Source: Phoronis australis (Eukaryota; Animalia; Phoronida). Taken from it: 64,000 nt of DNA. Both the position numbers and the translations under genes were made by a program. A model generated the notes under the pieces. The model did not search any database. It worked only from the letters and a program-made list of their open reading frames with translations, and had not been told where the DNA came from. Position 1 is the first letter of the stretch. The number at the start of each line of letters is the position of its first letter. This document shows, one piece after another, positions 50,555 through 63,031 of this stretch. The stretch is taken from positions 124,001-188,000 of the forward strand of contig NMRA01000481.1 of assembly GCA_002633005.1 (NCBI GenBank), given 5' to 3'.

Positions 50555-52170
50555 GTTTTGCAAGAATGAAAGTTTTGTTTGTACCTCGTAGTTTCTCATA
50601 ATCACAAAAGACGGCAGTCGTGTGCCGGAAGTGAATGAGAAGTTCAACGTGAGTTCCTGTGTGCAAGTCGAGGTTGTGTTCATGGCAATTTTTTTCTTTT
50701 TGCCTTATTATTCTCTGTACATTGATTTTATTGACATGTGTGTAGCACATTATGTATTGCCAGAGTGTGACACATATGTATCAAAAGTGTCAAATTTGTA
50801 CCTTTTCCTTTATTCCTCATCTTCGTTGCTCAGCTGACAAGGACTGGTAGTGCCTAGTGACTCACTGACATTGTCACTGGGAGTTGGACCACTTGACTCA
50901 GAGACACTTTTGTCTTAGACCGCGCACAGCCCACTGGCAGACGAATTTCCCTATGACTCATAACCAGATAAGAAACGGAAAGGTTGGACACGAGAATTTT
51001 GCGTAGCCTTAGCTCAATCATCTCGAATTTAAATAAAATCTGTAGGTGTGTACCTCCTTTACTCCTCAGACTGGTATTTATTGCTCAATTGCTTAAACCC
51101 TCGAAGCTTCAATTGATCGTATGAAATTGTCCTTTGGAGTGGTGGATTTGCAACAGAATTTACAAAACTCTGAATTCAAGGAGGATAAACAGTTAACAAA
51201 TGGCGGATTTCAGTTTTGCTTTAATTTGTACACCTGGTGTCTGGTGAAAATAAAACTTTGAGTTTGAGCAAGCAATGCTTATGGCAAAGTCAAGAAATAT
51301 GTAGCCCAATTTAAGTGATTGAGTAGAAAATTCTGAGCATACTGATTTTAAGGTTCCAACCATTATGACAATGTTTTGTTACAAGTGAGTGGAGTCAATG
51401 GTAAACGATGAGCAGGTAACATCAAGGGCCTAATTTTAAATGTACTTTGATCCTTTCCTTTTGCAATTGTGTTAGATTCAATCCCAATATCGACACCAGT
51501 GCAATTTACTTGGCCACACGTTAAAAATCTTTCCTTGACGGACGCATTTTCTTATAAAGCTAACGTCTCAAGTTCTTTGGTCAGGCGAACTATAGTTTAC
51601 TTATTTAAGACAAAAATGATAGGGAGAAAATCGTAGTTTTGGCAGTATATGTACGTGCAATCTATTATTCACAGGTAACTGTTTTATACTTGTTTAGTGC
51701 GCTTTATTATATCAATTGTTTGAGCATACCTACATAAATAAATTGAATAGCTTTTAGTGTGAAAGTACCACTGCTTCTTAGTGTTCAAAAATTAACACCT
51801 TAGGAATTGATAACAAATACGGCGTTCTCATGACATCCCATCAGAAGGCAGATCAGAATTCTCATCTGCCGTCGGAAGCAATTTCACAATGTGAACGCTC
51901 ATCAGACGTCTGATCTGCCTTTTTATCGTCTGCCACAAAATCAGACAGCAGATACTCTTCTTACATGTGGTAAAGCTCCTGCTGTGCCCAAAGTGATCTC
52001 ATGTGGTAGGCAAAAATACTGTATGCTAATTACTAGCAAGACAACAGACAGGACGCCTTTGTGAATGCTCATTTTAAGAATCATGGTGCCTTCCTATCAG
52101 ACATCATATCTCTTCCATATTTGCTCTTCAGAGGCAGTGTGACTGCTAACAAAGCATTATGCTCGTGACG
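50555..52170. promoter_or_regulatory. Divergent promoter region between PLCL (-) and CCDC59 (+)
   Basis: Head-to-head gene arrangement with local CpG enrichment around the PLCL exon. ETS-type CCGGAAGT at 50625..50632, and CTTCCTG plus YY1-like AAGATGGC at 52175..52211. TSSs cannot be determined from sequence. Confidence 0.5.
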
Positions 52171-52256
52171 TTTGCTTCCTGTTTTGTAAACGACAGCTTT
52201 TGGAAGATGGCAACATCTTTATTGGAGCAAAATTTGCTCGGAAATTTGTTTTGCTG
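52170..52256 (+). other. CCDC59: Putative 5' leader exon of CCDC59 with short uORF
   Basis: The start-codon exon begins at an acceptor (56611), so an upstream exon is required. Here CTTCCTG and AAGATGGC motifs precede a CTG|GTGAGA donor. The start is approximate, and an alternative donor CAG|GTAAAT exists at 52444. Confidence 0.45.
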
Positions 52257-54051
52257 GTGAGAAAATGCTGGAAACTTGTTTGAGTGCCAGCAGTTTGGGT
52301 GAATTGAAGTGAACTGTGCCCCAACTTGTAGGAAAAAAATGTTTGATTAAAGAATTAGCAAAAAATTGAAGTTTTCCAACATATTGTACTCTATTTCATT
52401 ATACTTAAAGGTGACACACGTGTTTGCTTCTCCAATCTAGCAGGTAAATAATGGTATTGTTTTCGCTCCTGTAACCAAGGTAGTTTTCTCAAGGAAGAAT
52501 GTAGTTTTGATGTCTAAAATTAATTTTGATTCCGATTTTATTTGGCTCACTGTTTACCAACATCAAGCCACGGCTCTTTGTTTGTATTTACACTGCTTTG
52601 TTCCAATCAATTGCAGTTTCGCGCTTGCAAGTTAACAGGCGCCCATACCCAGCAAGTACAACTGCTGAGTACAAAGAAATTGTGGTCAAGAGATCTTCTA
52701 GTTATTGTTTACAATCCTGAGTCCAAAATCACAGTTTCTGGCACTCGGTGTCTCCTGCTATATTTCCAAAACCCCTTGGTGGTTGTTTGTGAAGTTTTTG
52801 CGGACATGTTTCATTGTAGATGGGATGGCATTACCTCTGCTGCTGTTTCCCTTATTGGCAATTTTATTTTTTTATGTTAACCTTATCTTCGGAGTTCCTA
52901 GATACATGTTCATGAAATTTGAAAATAGGTTTCTGTTGGGGATGTCATAACATCCTTCAGCTTTCAGTGGACTTTGGCCTGTTTTTTACCTCCAATTGGT
53001 CATTTTTACTGTAGTTTTTAAGTCATCGTTTTGGCATTCACCTCTTTATCCGCCAAACTGCTCAATGGGTCATTATGAAAATTGGCAGATTTTAGACTAC
53101 TGAGTGGAGCATTAATTTTAGGACTGCTCTGAATTGGTTTGTCACTTCCTGTTGCCATTTTACTCATCCACGGTTTTATCTCCTAAACCATTTGCAGGAT
53201 CTTTGTTAAATATTTGGCAAGTGTATTTTTATGAACTTGTCAACAAATGACCATGACTTTCGGATGGATCTGATTACTGGCAATTTTATTTTTGTATGTT
53301 TTCCTTTATGTCTTTGGAGTTCTTGACAGATTGTCATGAACTTTACCGTATGGGTGTCTATTAAAGTGACGAGGACATCTTTACATTCTCAGATGAATTT
53401 GGCTTATTGTACACCACCTAGTTGTCTTTTTCATTATTGTCAATTCTATTTTTGGCATCCACCTCTCTGCCTGCCAAATCATTCCAAAGATCATTGTGAA
53501 AATTGGTATTTAATTTGCGGTATGTTAGCTCTACTGGCGTACAATGATTTTCCGACAGGTTTTGCTGCTGTGGTAGTTTTTTTTTTATTGAGTAAAGTAC
53601 GACTGACATTGATTTCAGGACAAATCAAATTGCAAATTGGCCATGTATGAGAAGGATTACTAGATAAGCTGATTAGTTTTGGTATTAAGGGAAAATATAC
53701 ACTGTGTTAAAAAGTATGTATGTAAATGTTAAATCGTGTGGCTTGGTTGGCGACGTATTAATGTTTTTTTTTAGTGCAGTCTAGGACTGGAGTGGGATAG
53801 GGTTGCAGTTGTCACTTTTTATTTTCAATGTTTGTGAAGAACTGAGAGAGCAGTTTAAAAATGTTAGTGGATCATGTGTCAAGTGGGGCTTGTTAAATTG
53901 TATTTTTTATTGTTTGCTGATCATCTGAGTTTATTTTCCCGAAACAGCTCTTCCTATGCAGAGGGAGATTTTTACATTGTAAACTGTTGTAGTAGATGGA
54001 AGTTACATGTAGATATGTCTGAAAAATTAAAGATTTTGGAATGGGTGGCTA

Positions 54052-54920
54052 CAGGGCTTCATCTAGGATTTCGAACATAGGGTGTCCAAAATGGGGTTCC
54101 CAATATTCCAGGGCGTCCATGATTCCAACGCCGCATTACCCCCCCNAAATTTACGAAAACAGCCAAATAGTTTACCAAACGGGTATTACAGATATTACAG
54201 ATATTGGTTGAACGATGAGTGCACTGTTTTTCGTCATCTCAAGTCAAATTCTGTTATAAAGTTTATTATATCAACTTCACTAGCTTTATATTCTGTACAA
54301 TGAGTCATCAAAGCTGTAGTTACCAACAAAAGAAAAATGCACAGATGATGTGTGGTTTATATTTTGACAACAGGTGTCACTGCTGCTCCATTTTAGACGC
54401 ACATAGAAAAGCATGAAACAGGCAAAAACTCAAACATTTTAAATGGGGATATTCTTGCGGCACATCATATTATTAAAGTAATGACATTTATTTTGCTTTT
54501 GGTATTTTTAAAAAAAGATGAAGTACATGAAATTACAGCTCTGAAACACCAGTTTGGAGTTAAGCAAGGTCCATGTCCCTATATAAAGTACTGAATGGCA
54601 GTGGCATGTGGGTCTATAAAAAGCAGACACTCTGGCAACCAACCACTGCTAATGATTGACAGGTCTACCAAATAGTTTGAAAATAGTTTGAATATTGCAA
54701 CATTTTAAATACTTTGTATATCTCTTTCCGAGTTGAAAGGGCCAACTTCTGGCTTTGATTAACTGGGAGTCTTAGTAATCTTTCAATGTGGGTGTCCAAA
54801 CTGGAGAAATTCTGATTGACAGGGCGTCCAAATGATACATTGGGCGTCCTTGCCAGGGCGTCTACATTAGTGCAAGGGCGTCCAAATGGACGCCCAGGAC
54901 GTACGCTGCATGAAGGCCTG
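54052..54920. mobile_element. Non-autonomous hAT element with 8-bp TSD
   Basis: GGTGGCTA|CAGGGCTTCAT ... ATGAAGGCCTG|GGTGGCTA: perfect 8-bp TSD, 10/11 TIR match, subterminal GGGCGTCCA repeats. It spans the N at 54146, so the true length is uncertain. Confidence 0.88.
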
Positions 54921-55444
54921 GGTGGCTATTCGAGATACTAGAACTTACTGCAGTGGAAGGTACCTGAATACCATTATTTTGGCCTATCATTCTCTACCAT
55001 GACTGTCCTCAAAAAAAGCCAGAAAACACTTTCGGAAAAAGTGTTAAGGGCACTATTTTTCCTGAAAAGTAGGCCTAATATTAATCAATATTCCAGTGTC
55101 ACTGCATACAGTGGAAGTTTTTTTACTAAAGTTTGCCAATTAAATTTATTGGCTGGCTCAGACGTATGGGACATTCATGAAGCCAAAGATATCAGTTTGT
55201 AACAGGTTCTGCAAATATCAGTTATAACTAATGATCAAAATGTTTCTTGTTTCTGCTAGAGGTGAGCATATAAACATTTTTGCGCAGAATTATTGGGTAC
55301 TGGTGTAGAATTCCGCAATCACCAAATCCTTAGGTATATTTGTATCTTTACCAGTTTTTGCAATAAAAAAGTCTTAGATATATTTAAATACGTTATAATG
55401 CACAGTATGAAATGTCGCAATTCCACAGACGTTGTTGGTCTTTA

Positions 55445-55820
55445 CACTAAAAGTTCTCCAGTTTGGGACAGTGAAAATTATTTTGCTCAAAGTCAGAGTT
55501 TGTACCAGATTTTAGAAATTGGCAATACTGATCGTCCCAAATTCAAGAATTACAGTCAACGACAAACAATCATTCACCTAGATGTTAAAACACTATGGGA
55601 ACTCATGAAAACGTTGTGTCAGAGACTATTTTCTACAATTTCATCAACTTCCAATTGTCTGTTTTGAGACTCTGTTGATACAGTGTCCAATATGTTGAGA
55701 AATATCCTGAATCCCAAAATCATCCGTGTCCCAGTTTACAGAAACAAGAAAATTCAATTTTGCTTTGAATTTCAGTGTCCCAAAGTTTAGAGACTGTCCG
55801 AAACTAGACAATTTTTAATG
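55445..55820. mobile_element. TA-flanked MITE
   Basis: TA|CACTAAAAGTTCTCCAGTTTGGGACAGT ... ACTGTCCGAAACTAGACAATTTTTAATG|TA. A related end, GTGTCCCAAACTAGAGAATTTTTATCGTA, lies at ~25409. Confidence 0.65.
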
Positions 55821-56640
55821 TAAATGTGAAGAAAGTTCTGTTTGAATATGGCTTTGGAGTAGTTTGTGTGAATCAAGGCTTAGGAGATGAGTATAATTTT
55901 ATTAAGAATTTAAAAAACGAAGTACTAAGTGGCATGCAAAGTTGAAAGAGAAAACTTCCTCTTAATTAAAACTGATTTCTTGTCAGAAGGCATTTTGATA
56001 GTCTTTTACTTTGGTGAGACTTAGATACGGAAGTCATTCTCTTCTGATTGTTAAAGGAACACGTATGGGTCTAGGCCTATATGAGAAAATACATGACGAT
56101 TGTATGTGATTGTCCAAGTTGCATTATGGGTAAAATAGAACCAGAACTTCAAAGGTGAGAAACAGCGCCTCGGTACTTTATGTACAAGTAATGCCATGTT
56201 TAACAAACTCATACAGTCACAAAACAAGACAAAATTAAAACGTGTTTATTGTACATTCATAGGCAGTGAGAAAAATGTTTCTAACCAATATCATTGGTCT
56301 CAATTATGGTAAAAATTCTTTAGTTTTGGACGCATTATGGTGGACAGGTGAAAATTCACTTTGTGAAATTTCCCAACAAGAATAACTTACCATGGTTTGT
56401 TTGGTGTAACTATTACCAAACTACATTTGATAAAATTTTGAGTGTTTGCAACAAACTAAATCCTGAAAATTAGAAATATGGCGATTTTAGGAATTATTTT
56501 TGTCCAAAATTTATGATTTTTTACCGTATTATGTTGTCTATATTTGAGACGTAATGTGGGCTTGTATACTCTATTATTACAGCACTTACGTTAACACTTT
56601 GTTTCCTTCAGGTGAACAAAGTGTATTATTGTGCAAGACC

Positions 56641-56725
56641 ATGGATAAGGCAAAGGCTAAACCTGGAAAGACGCAGAAAAAGAAAAAGAAATTTACGAGC
56701 CAGTTTATTGGCAATAAGGAATCGG
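56641..56725 (+). CDS. CCDC59: Thyroid transcription factor 1-associated protein 26 homolog (TAP26/Fyv7 family), coding exon 1
   Basis: Acceptor TTTGTTTCCTTCAG ends at 56611, then an ACCATGG start. Encodes MDKAKAKPGKTQKKKKKFTSQFIGNKES+G, with donor G|GTAAAT (phase 1). Confidence 0.85.
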
Positions 56726-58564
56726 GTAAATGTCTTCTTTATCCCAGATCTTCAGTGATGGGATTATTATTAGAGTAGGCGCATTCATCAAAAAGGAATT
56801 GTGATCATGAATAGTTCAATATTGTTACTATTCAGTGAACCTTCACTTATTTGCCACACGATATTGGGGACACGTCAAATTCTATTTTGTCAAATTTCTG
56901 CACAAAAATAAAGATGAAAAAAAATTTAGTCTATTACTAAACCGAGATGATACCGTGTGGATGTCATAGAACAACATTCGATGAAGTTTCCATTATCTGT
57001 TGCCAAGTAACCAGTCTTTGGAAAATGGAAAATTGAAAAATGACGGTGTTGGGAATTATTTATAAGAACGAGCGAAATAAAGAGTAACATGCCTCTAATG
57101 CAACTTAGCTCAGCTCATGGCTCACGTATGCGGTAAAATGAACTGTTAGGATTTTGTTTCTCGAGGCGGTGAGGCGAATGTGGAACTAGGTGGCTTTCTT
57201 TTTCTAGTATTGGTAAATCCTCGTAGAATGTGGTGAGCTAATTAAGTGCTGAGCCTGTTATTTCCGGCAGCCAGTGAAAATCAATCATTGTATCACCTGA
57301 CAACAACAAATCTATCCCGGGCTTAACGTAATCGTGTGTATTACATTTAAGCGGTCTACTACTAAGGTAGCCCACATCAAATTCTGAGCTGAGCTGTCTC
57401 GTCTGTCCTCGGCCTGAGAATTTCACAAATCGAGCAAGCAAAATAGGAGAACGGGGCCTATCCAATAGATGTAATTGTTATTTTCATTATCATTATTATC
57501 ATTATCATTATAAAATTGTAAAACTAGTACATTTTTATTTGTCGGTAACTGCACGGCGTTCCAACATCTATTTGATATCATTATCATTATTATTGTTGAG
57601 CACAAAACAACATTAGGCTCTACCTTGTATTGCCCCAACTCAAACCTTGAATGCTTCTTACTAGTTGGGATTACAATACCCACTAACGACACTGTCTGGA
57701 CTTGACTAGCTTCTTTTGTTTAGAGATTTGCGAACAGTGATGTGTGTCGGTGTTAACTACTTACTGTTTGTGGCAACATTCTTTCTCTCCCATTTTAGAC
57801 ATTGCTGACTATAAAAAAATCTAATCGGTCATTTGAAAATTGAAGACAAAATAAATAACATCATTACTACTGCTGTTTCTTTTTTGATCTTTCCCAACTT
57901 CTGTTGTGTAACGCAAGGGGGCCCCTTGACTTGTGTACGCCACCACTTATCAGAGTGGTCTTAATTCCCCCAAAGATTACAGTGAAGTTTGAATGGGGTT
58001 GCCTGCCGTGGGCCCTTTCTCTATAACATTAGCTCCAAAGAAACACCAAAATTAGGACTACACTGAGTATGATATAGTTTGGCTATTTTTCATATTTCAA
58101 AATCGTTATAGTTGCACAAAAGCATTATAGCTGTTCTTTTGTTAGATAATACTATACATAGTTCTCTACATGAACACTGGGGGGCATTGTTTCGTGTGCC
58201 TTATGGCTCTAGCATCCCATATATATGAATATGGTCATGGAATACGCCATGGAATATGGAAAGTAGAACCATACTCCACGGTTGGTGTAAAGTCTCCTGG
58301 TGTAGTAAATTTACTTGTACGATGGCAAATTTGATTCGTCTTGTTTGTTTGGGCATCGTAAAATATTCCTTAAAGACGTAGTTCCTAAAAAAACAGTTTT
58401 ATTGCTCTAAAAACTATAAATTTTCTGTAAAGATTTACTGACGAAAAGTCCGAGGACCGGTGACCAGGTGGCTATTTTAAACTGGTTCATCATTCTGTGT
58501 GTCTTATGGTTTTCATATTTCATGCTTTACACTTGGTAGTGCACTTCAAACTTTTTTGTTTAAG

Positions 58565-58709
58565 GACAAGGGTTTGCTGACAAACGAAAGAAAAAAGCAT
58601 TTTACGAGTACAAGAAACTGATGTCCAAAATGAAGGCATCTCAAGCCCAGGTTGTCGAGGGCAGCAAGCAGACAGTACCAGTCGGGAAAAGAAAAAATGA
58701 CAAGTCAAG
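58565..58709 (+). CDS. CCDC59: TAP26 homolog, coding exon 2
   Basis: Acceptor CTTTTTTGTTTAAG. Encodes GQGFADKRKKKAFYEYKKLMSKMK..., matching human CCDC59 GQGFAFRRKLKIQQSYKKLLRK. Donor AG|GTAAGA (phase 2). Confidence 0.9.
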
Positions 58710-59754
58710 GTAAGAGTTCTGGCTCTGTATTTACTAGGTAGCTGCAGTAAAATCTCACCAGTTTCAGACATAAATGATTGCCTTATTGTGCGTTTTTCAA
58801 TTTTCAAGGGCTTTTGAAAATAGTCTGTTGTTAGCTGTGGTACAGAACCTGAGCATGGAAAAAGTCGTAAATTTTGGTGCTGCGGGTTGTTCATGGAAAA
58901 CGAGAGAATAAAATTTCGCCAATTGCAATTTTGTTGCGATAGACTGTCCCGTATAACCAGCTCAGCTACTCAGGACAGTCGAAATTCTTGAGAGAACAGC
59001 AAGTCTTGACGGTAAACCTAGTAAGTAAACTTACCGTACAGGCTCTAAATCATCGAACTTGACTTGAAAGTGCCCTTGGTATTTGAGTAAATTTTAGTAA
59101 AGTATGGTGAAAATTATACAGTTTGCCACAATGAAAATTAATTTGTTCGAGGTTGGAGTTTTTACCAAATTTGAGAAATAGGCAATATTGACCGTCCCAA
59201 ATTGAACAATTATGATCAATGTGTAATGATCGTTCATGTCAATGTTACACACTAGGTGAACGTGTGAAAACTGCGTCAGTGACTGCGATATTTTAAAAAT
59301 GTCCAAGCTCATATTCAGACTGTTATTATTTTAGAAATTGTTATTTTAGAAATATGACGGAACGCTAAAATTGCCTATGGATCATTCTTGGAAATCAGGG
59401 AAACTCACTTGAAATTTCTGTGTTCCAAATTTTTGAGACTGCCTCAAATTGTGTGCATAGTTGGTGAACACTTACTGTAATATGTTGGAGATTTTACTTA
59501 CCCTATCCAACTTGGTTAACACCCCTATAGTTTAAATTGTGGAACTCAAAAATTGCATTGTGGGTTTTGAGCCAAATACTACAGAAACCTGGACGTTGAA
59601 AAATGAAAATGTTAAAAATTGAGGGGTGGGTGAATGTTGGCAGTGCTGATTCCAAATGTACACAGCAAAACTATAATTATTTAAGCATGACTTCACCTGC
59701 ACCCCACATGATATGGTGATGCATTGTAATACTTCCTGTTTCGTCACTCCGCAG

Positions 59755-59839
59755 CAGTAAAGACCAGGCCCTCAACAGATATTCAAAAGCTCAACAGAAA
59801 AGTCTGAGAGACCAGCAAGAACGAACCAAGAGGAAAGAG
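59755..59839 (+). CDS. CCDC59: TAP26 homolog, coding exon 3
   Basis: Acceptor TTTCGTCACTCCGCAG(CAG). Encodes SSKDQALNRYSKAQQKSLRDQQERTKRKE, with donor GAG|GTAGGA. Phases 2 and 0 fit both neighbours. Confidence 0.82.
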
Positions 59840-60805
59840 GTAGGAGACGTCATTAAAGTTCTGCATGGTCTGCTCCTTATCTTCTAACTGTGAAATGTTT
59901 CAGTCAAGAATCGTAACTACTTAAAGTAGCAACAACGACAATGTTAGGTATTTGAGATCAGCACCAAGACAGATTTGAACCCACGACCTCAGCCAGTGGT
60001 CGTAGTCCGGCACTTTGCTGGTAACGCTAAAAGTCAATGTTGCTAAGTATGTTTGGAGTGTTTATCTGATAAGATCACTAGCCTGGATGTCAAATAGTTT
60101 GACCAAATGAATGGAATCTAATGTTGGGTTTCGACACTCTGCAATAAAAACACAAAAACAGGCTTTGTTGTTATGTTGCTGTTGCCAAAGACAGTCACTT
60201 CAATAAGTATATTCTACCCAGCAATAATCTCGAAAATCCATTTTCTGTCCCTAAATTCAACTGTGTCGTTTTAAAGGGGCATTTCCTTACTAGCTACAGC
60301 TGAGCCATGAAAGTAATGTTACAGGCTGATTAGCTCATACAAAATGGTCTCAACATTTTCCCTGTCATATTTGCTATTGACTTATATAATTGAAGTATAT
60401 TGAAAAGTCACTTCCAGTTAATAAGAAACAGCACAGATAGATGCTCTAAGGTCATTCACTTGAAAGAGTTCCGACAGAGTCTGTAAACGAATTGCGTGCG
60501 TTCTGGGAGCTGAAAAATCTTTGGAAACGGTTCGTCGGTTATCGCACAAAAATAATTACCGACATCACACGCCCCCATTAAAATGTTCAAAATTTTACTT
60601 AAGTTTTGTTTCGTGATAGCTGTTTAGTACAAGTCAGCCCAATGATGAGGTCAAATTGTTCTTAACCTTTATTTTTTTGAAAAAGTTAACAAAATTATAG
60701 CAACATGTCAGCCATCTTGGGTGCTATATTTAAGAGTGTTTACAGTATACAATAGCTTCACTTTCCTGTGAGATTGAAAACATTTTTTAACTCTGTATTT
60801 GTCAG

Positions 60806-60967
60806 GAGGTGAATCTAAAGAGGAAACAACAGACTGAAGCTTTGAGTAAATATAAACAGAAGAAAGACCTAAATTTTCGAAAACTGTGTAAAAGGAACTT
60901 CAAAGGACAGCCGGTCATGAAGAATCAAATAGAGTATCTGTTGCAGAAGATACAAGACCAGTCGTGA
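60806..60967 (+). CDS. CCDC59: TAP26 homolog, last coding exon
   Basis: Acceptor CTCTGTATTTGTCAG. Encodes EVNLKRKQQTEALSKYKQKKDLNFRKLCKRNFKGQPVMKNQIEYLLQKIQDQS*, matching the CCDC59 C-terminal KGQP.....EYLLQKIQ motif. The joined CDS is 477 nt = 158 aa + stop. Confidence 0.93.
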   Translation, partial: EVNLKRKQQTEALSKYKQKKDLNFRKLCKRNFKGQPVMKNQIEYLLQKIQDQS

Positions 60968-61093
60968 GATGTGATCAGCGTTTGATTGCATATTAAGCTT
61001 GTGTGTCTGGGTGCTGGAGCAACTGGATGGGGAACTCAAACTCACATTTCTTATCCAGCTCGAGGACGGACTGGGTTAGACAAGAGGAAACCC

Positions 61094-61234
61094 TGACGCA
61101 ATCGAATGTGTTTTGACGCGAAACGCAGAGCGGATTGTCACTAAAGTGAGAATGTTTTGGAGTGTTGACGCACTCGAATGCGTTTTGACTTGAAACGTAG
61201 AGCACAGTGACACTGGAGTGAGAACGCTTTGGAG
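61094..61234. repeat. Imperfect 72-bp tandem duplication just downstream of the CCDC59 stop
   Basis: TGACGCA.TCGAATG.GTTTTGAC..GAAACG.AGAGC...AGTGAGAA.G.TTTGGAGT at 61094 and 61166. Confidence 0.8.
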
Positions 61235-62819
61235 TAGAGTGTAACGGTATTCCAGTTAGAATGATTTGGATTAGAAATACTGTACCACCCAAAAGTGTTA
61301 AGACAAAATGACCTGAAATTCCCCTATCATGATTGCTGGGTAGACGCTGAAATCACCGTCAGAGTTATCTCCCCTCAAGACTTAGAATGAAGGGGAATTA
61401 GAAGGGAAGTTAGTAAGGTGACTAAGCTATTCTGTTCTATTTTTGACGCCCTAACAGTTAATAACAGTCACTTTTGTTGTTAACAGAATGATTTGTCATG
61501 ACTTGAGAACGGTGTTTTGTCTGATTACTTTTTTATTGCCCTGAACATCAACTCAATTTCCAACTGAATTTGGAGAGCTAGTGTGAATGACCAGGGACCT
61601 CTTTCTTGAAGAACCTATCGGCTTTTGACTTTAGCCCAAAAGTCAGATTCCTGACGACAAAAATTGTATGGTTGTTTTTTGGCTTTTAGCCGGCTTGAGA
61701 GAAGGTTGTTATTTCTGTCATTTGGCTTCGAGTTTTAGACAGGTTTTCTGACTATTAGCCTTAGCCTGATTTCGTGAAACAGGTTAAGCCACCCATAGAC
61801 TGGTTATTAGTGAAAGACAATGGAGTCTTTGAGAAACATTTCCCTGATTTCGCAACGGGAGGTCTTAAACTCGATTTTGGCGCAGTTTTGCTTTTGGAGA
61901 ATGTGTGAAATAGCTAGTACCCTTTTTACTGAAAGACATTGTGCCAGACCTATATGTCATGCTTTAGATTTCATCCTTGGCATTCATGGTTAGGTGTTTT
62001 CGTTTTACAGGTTTTGTAGGTCACCTAAAAGCCAATAGTGAGTGAAAACAAGACGAGTTTTTGACCTAGCTAAAATTGATGGTGGAACGGGAAGATTACA
62101 ATATAGGTCATTTTCCAGGAAATAGGTTATTGGACCCCAACATGTGTCTTAGTAATTGTTAACTGTCTTGTCACCATGTGAACGTTCAACGTAGGGCAGA
62201 AAAAATTGCTGTCTGCCTGCATGTGAACGCTCAACAGAGAGGAAGGCAGGTGGTAGTTTTGCAGGTTGTGGACTCTTGCAATTATTTTTGTACTATGTAT
62301 CAGTATTGAACTGTAGTTGTTTGGTTTAACCCAGTTACTGCAAAGTTGAATTATATCTGTATTCAGCTTCAGTNCCTGAATAAACAGTGAACTGATGTCG
62401 GTCTTTGTATGCTCCCTCGGTCTTTGACTCCACATACTTGTCGGAACAACATAGAATTCTGGCCAATTTTTGCAGGTTTTCATCTCATCCTTGAAGAACA
62501 GCTTCTTGGCTTGTCTGGTTTAAATTAGAATAAATTGTGGGCACGAAAATTTGAGATACCGACTTTTAATATTGTTAAGTTTTATTACAAAAATTCATTG
62601 CACGACATCAGGGCTCAATGGTACAAGTTAATGCGGTAGAAAGTGAAGAGGGCGAGTCAAATTTCCTGGTGAAATCAGGATCAAAATGAGTACTGGAGCA
62701 TCATGGGCTTGGTGCTGATTTTTGACATAGAAAATGTAATTTTCAAGTGGGAAATTGTTAAAAACATGAGAAATTGTAGGAATGTGTTTTTCATCATTTC
62801 ATTACACGCGAAGCACATC

Positions 62820-63031
62820 ATCACACTGGCTTTAGTGATCACACTGGCTTTAGTGATCACACTGGCTTTAGTGATCACACTGGCTTTAGTGGTCACACTG
62901 GCTTTAGTGCTCACACTGGCTCTAGTGGTCACACTGGCTCTAGTGGTCACACTGGCTCTAGTGGTCACACTGGCTTTAGTGGTCACACTGGCTTTAGTGG
63001 TCACACTGGCTTTAGTGGTCACACTGGCTTT
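62820..63031. repeat. 18-bp minisatellite, ~12 copies
   Basis: Unit TCACACTGGCT(T/C)TAGTG(G/A), head-to-tail. Confidence 0.95.

Noticed and set aside
50555-50683. 43-codon N-terminal extension of the PLCL ORF
   Set aside because: No recognisable similarity; it overlaps promoter-like ETS motifs, and the ATG at 50554 has the better context. Not formally excluded.
58520-58894. 124-aa minus-strand ORF
   Set aside because: Antisense shadow of CCDC59 coding exon 2.
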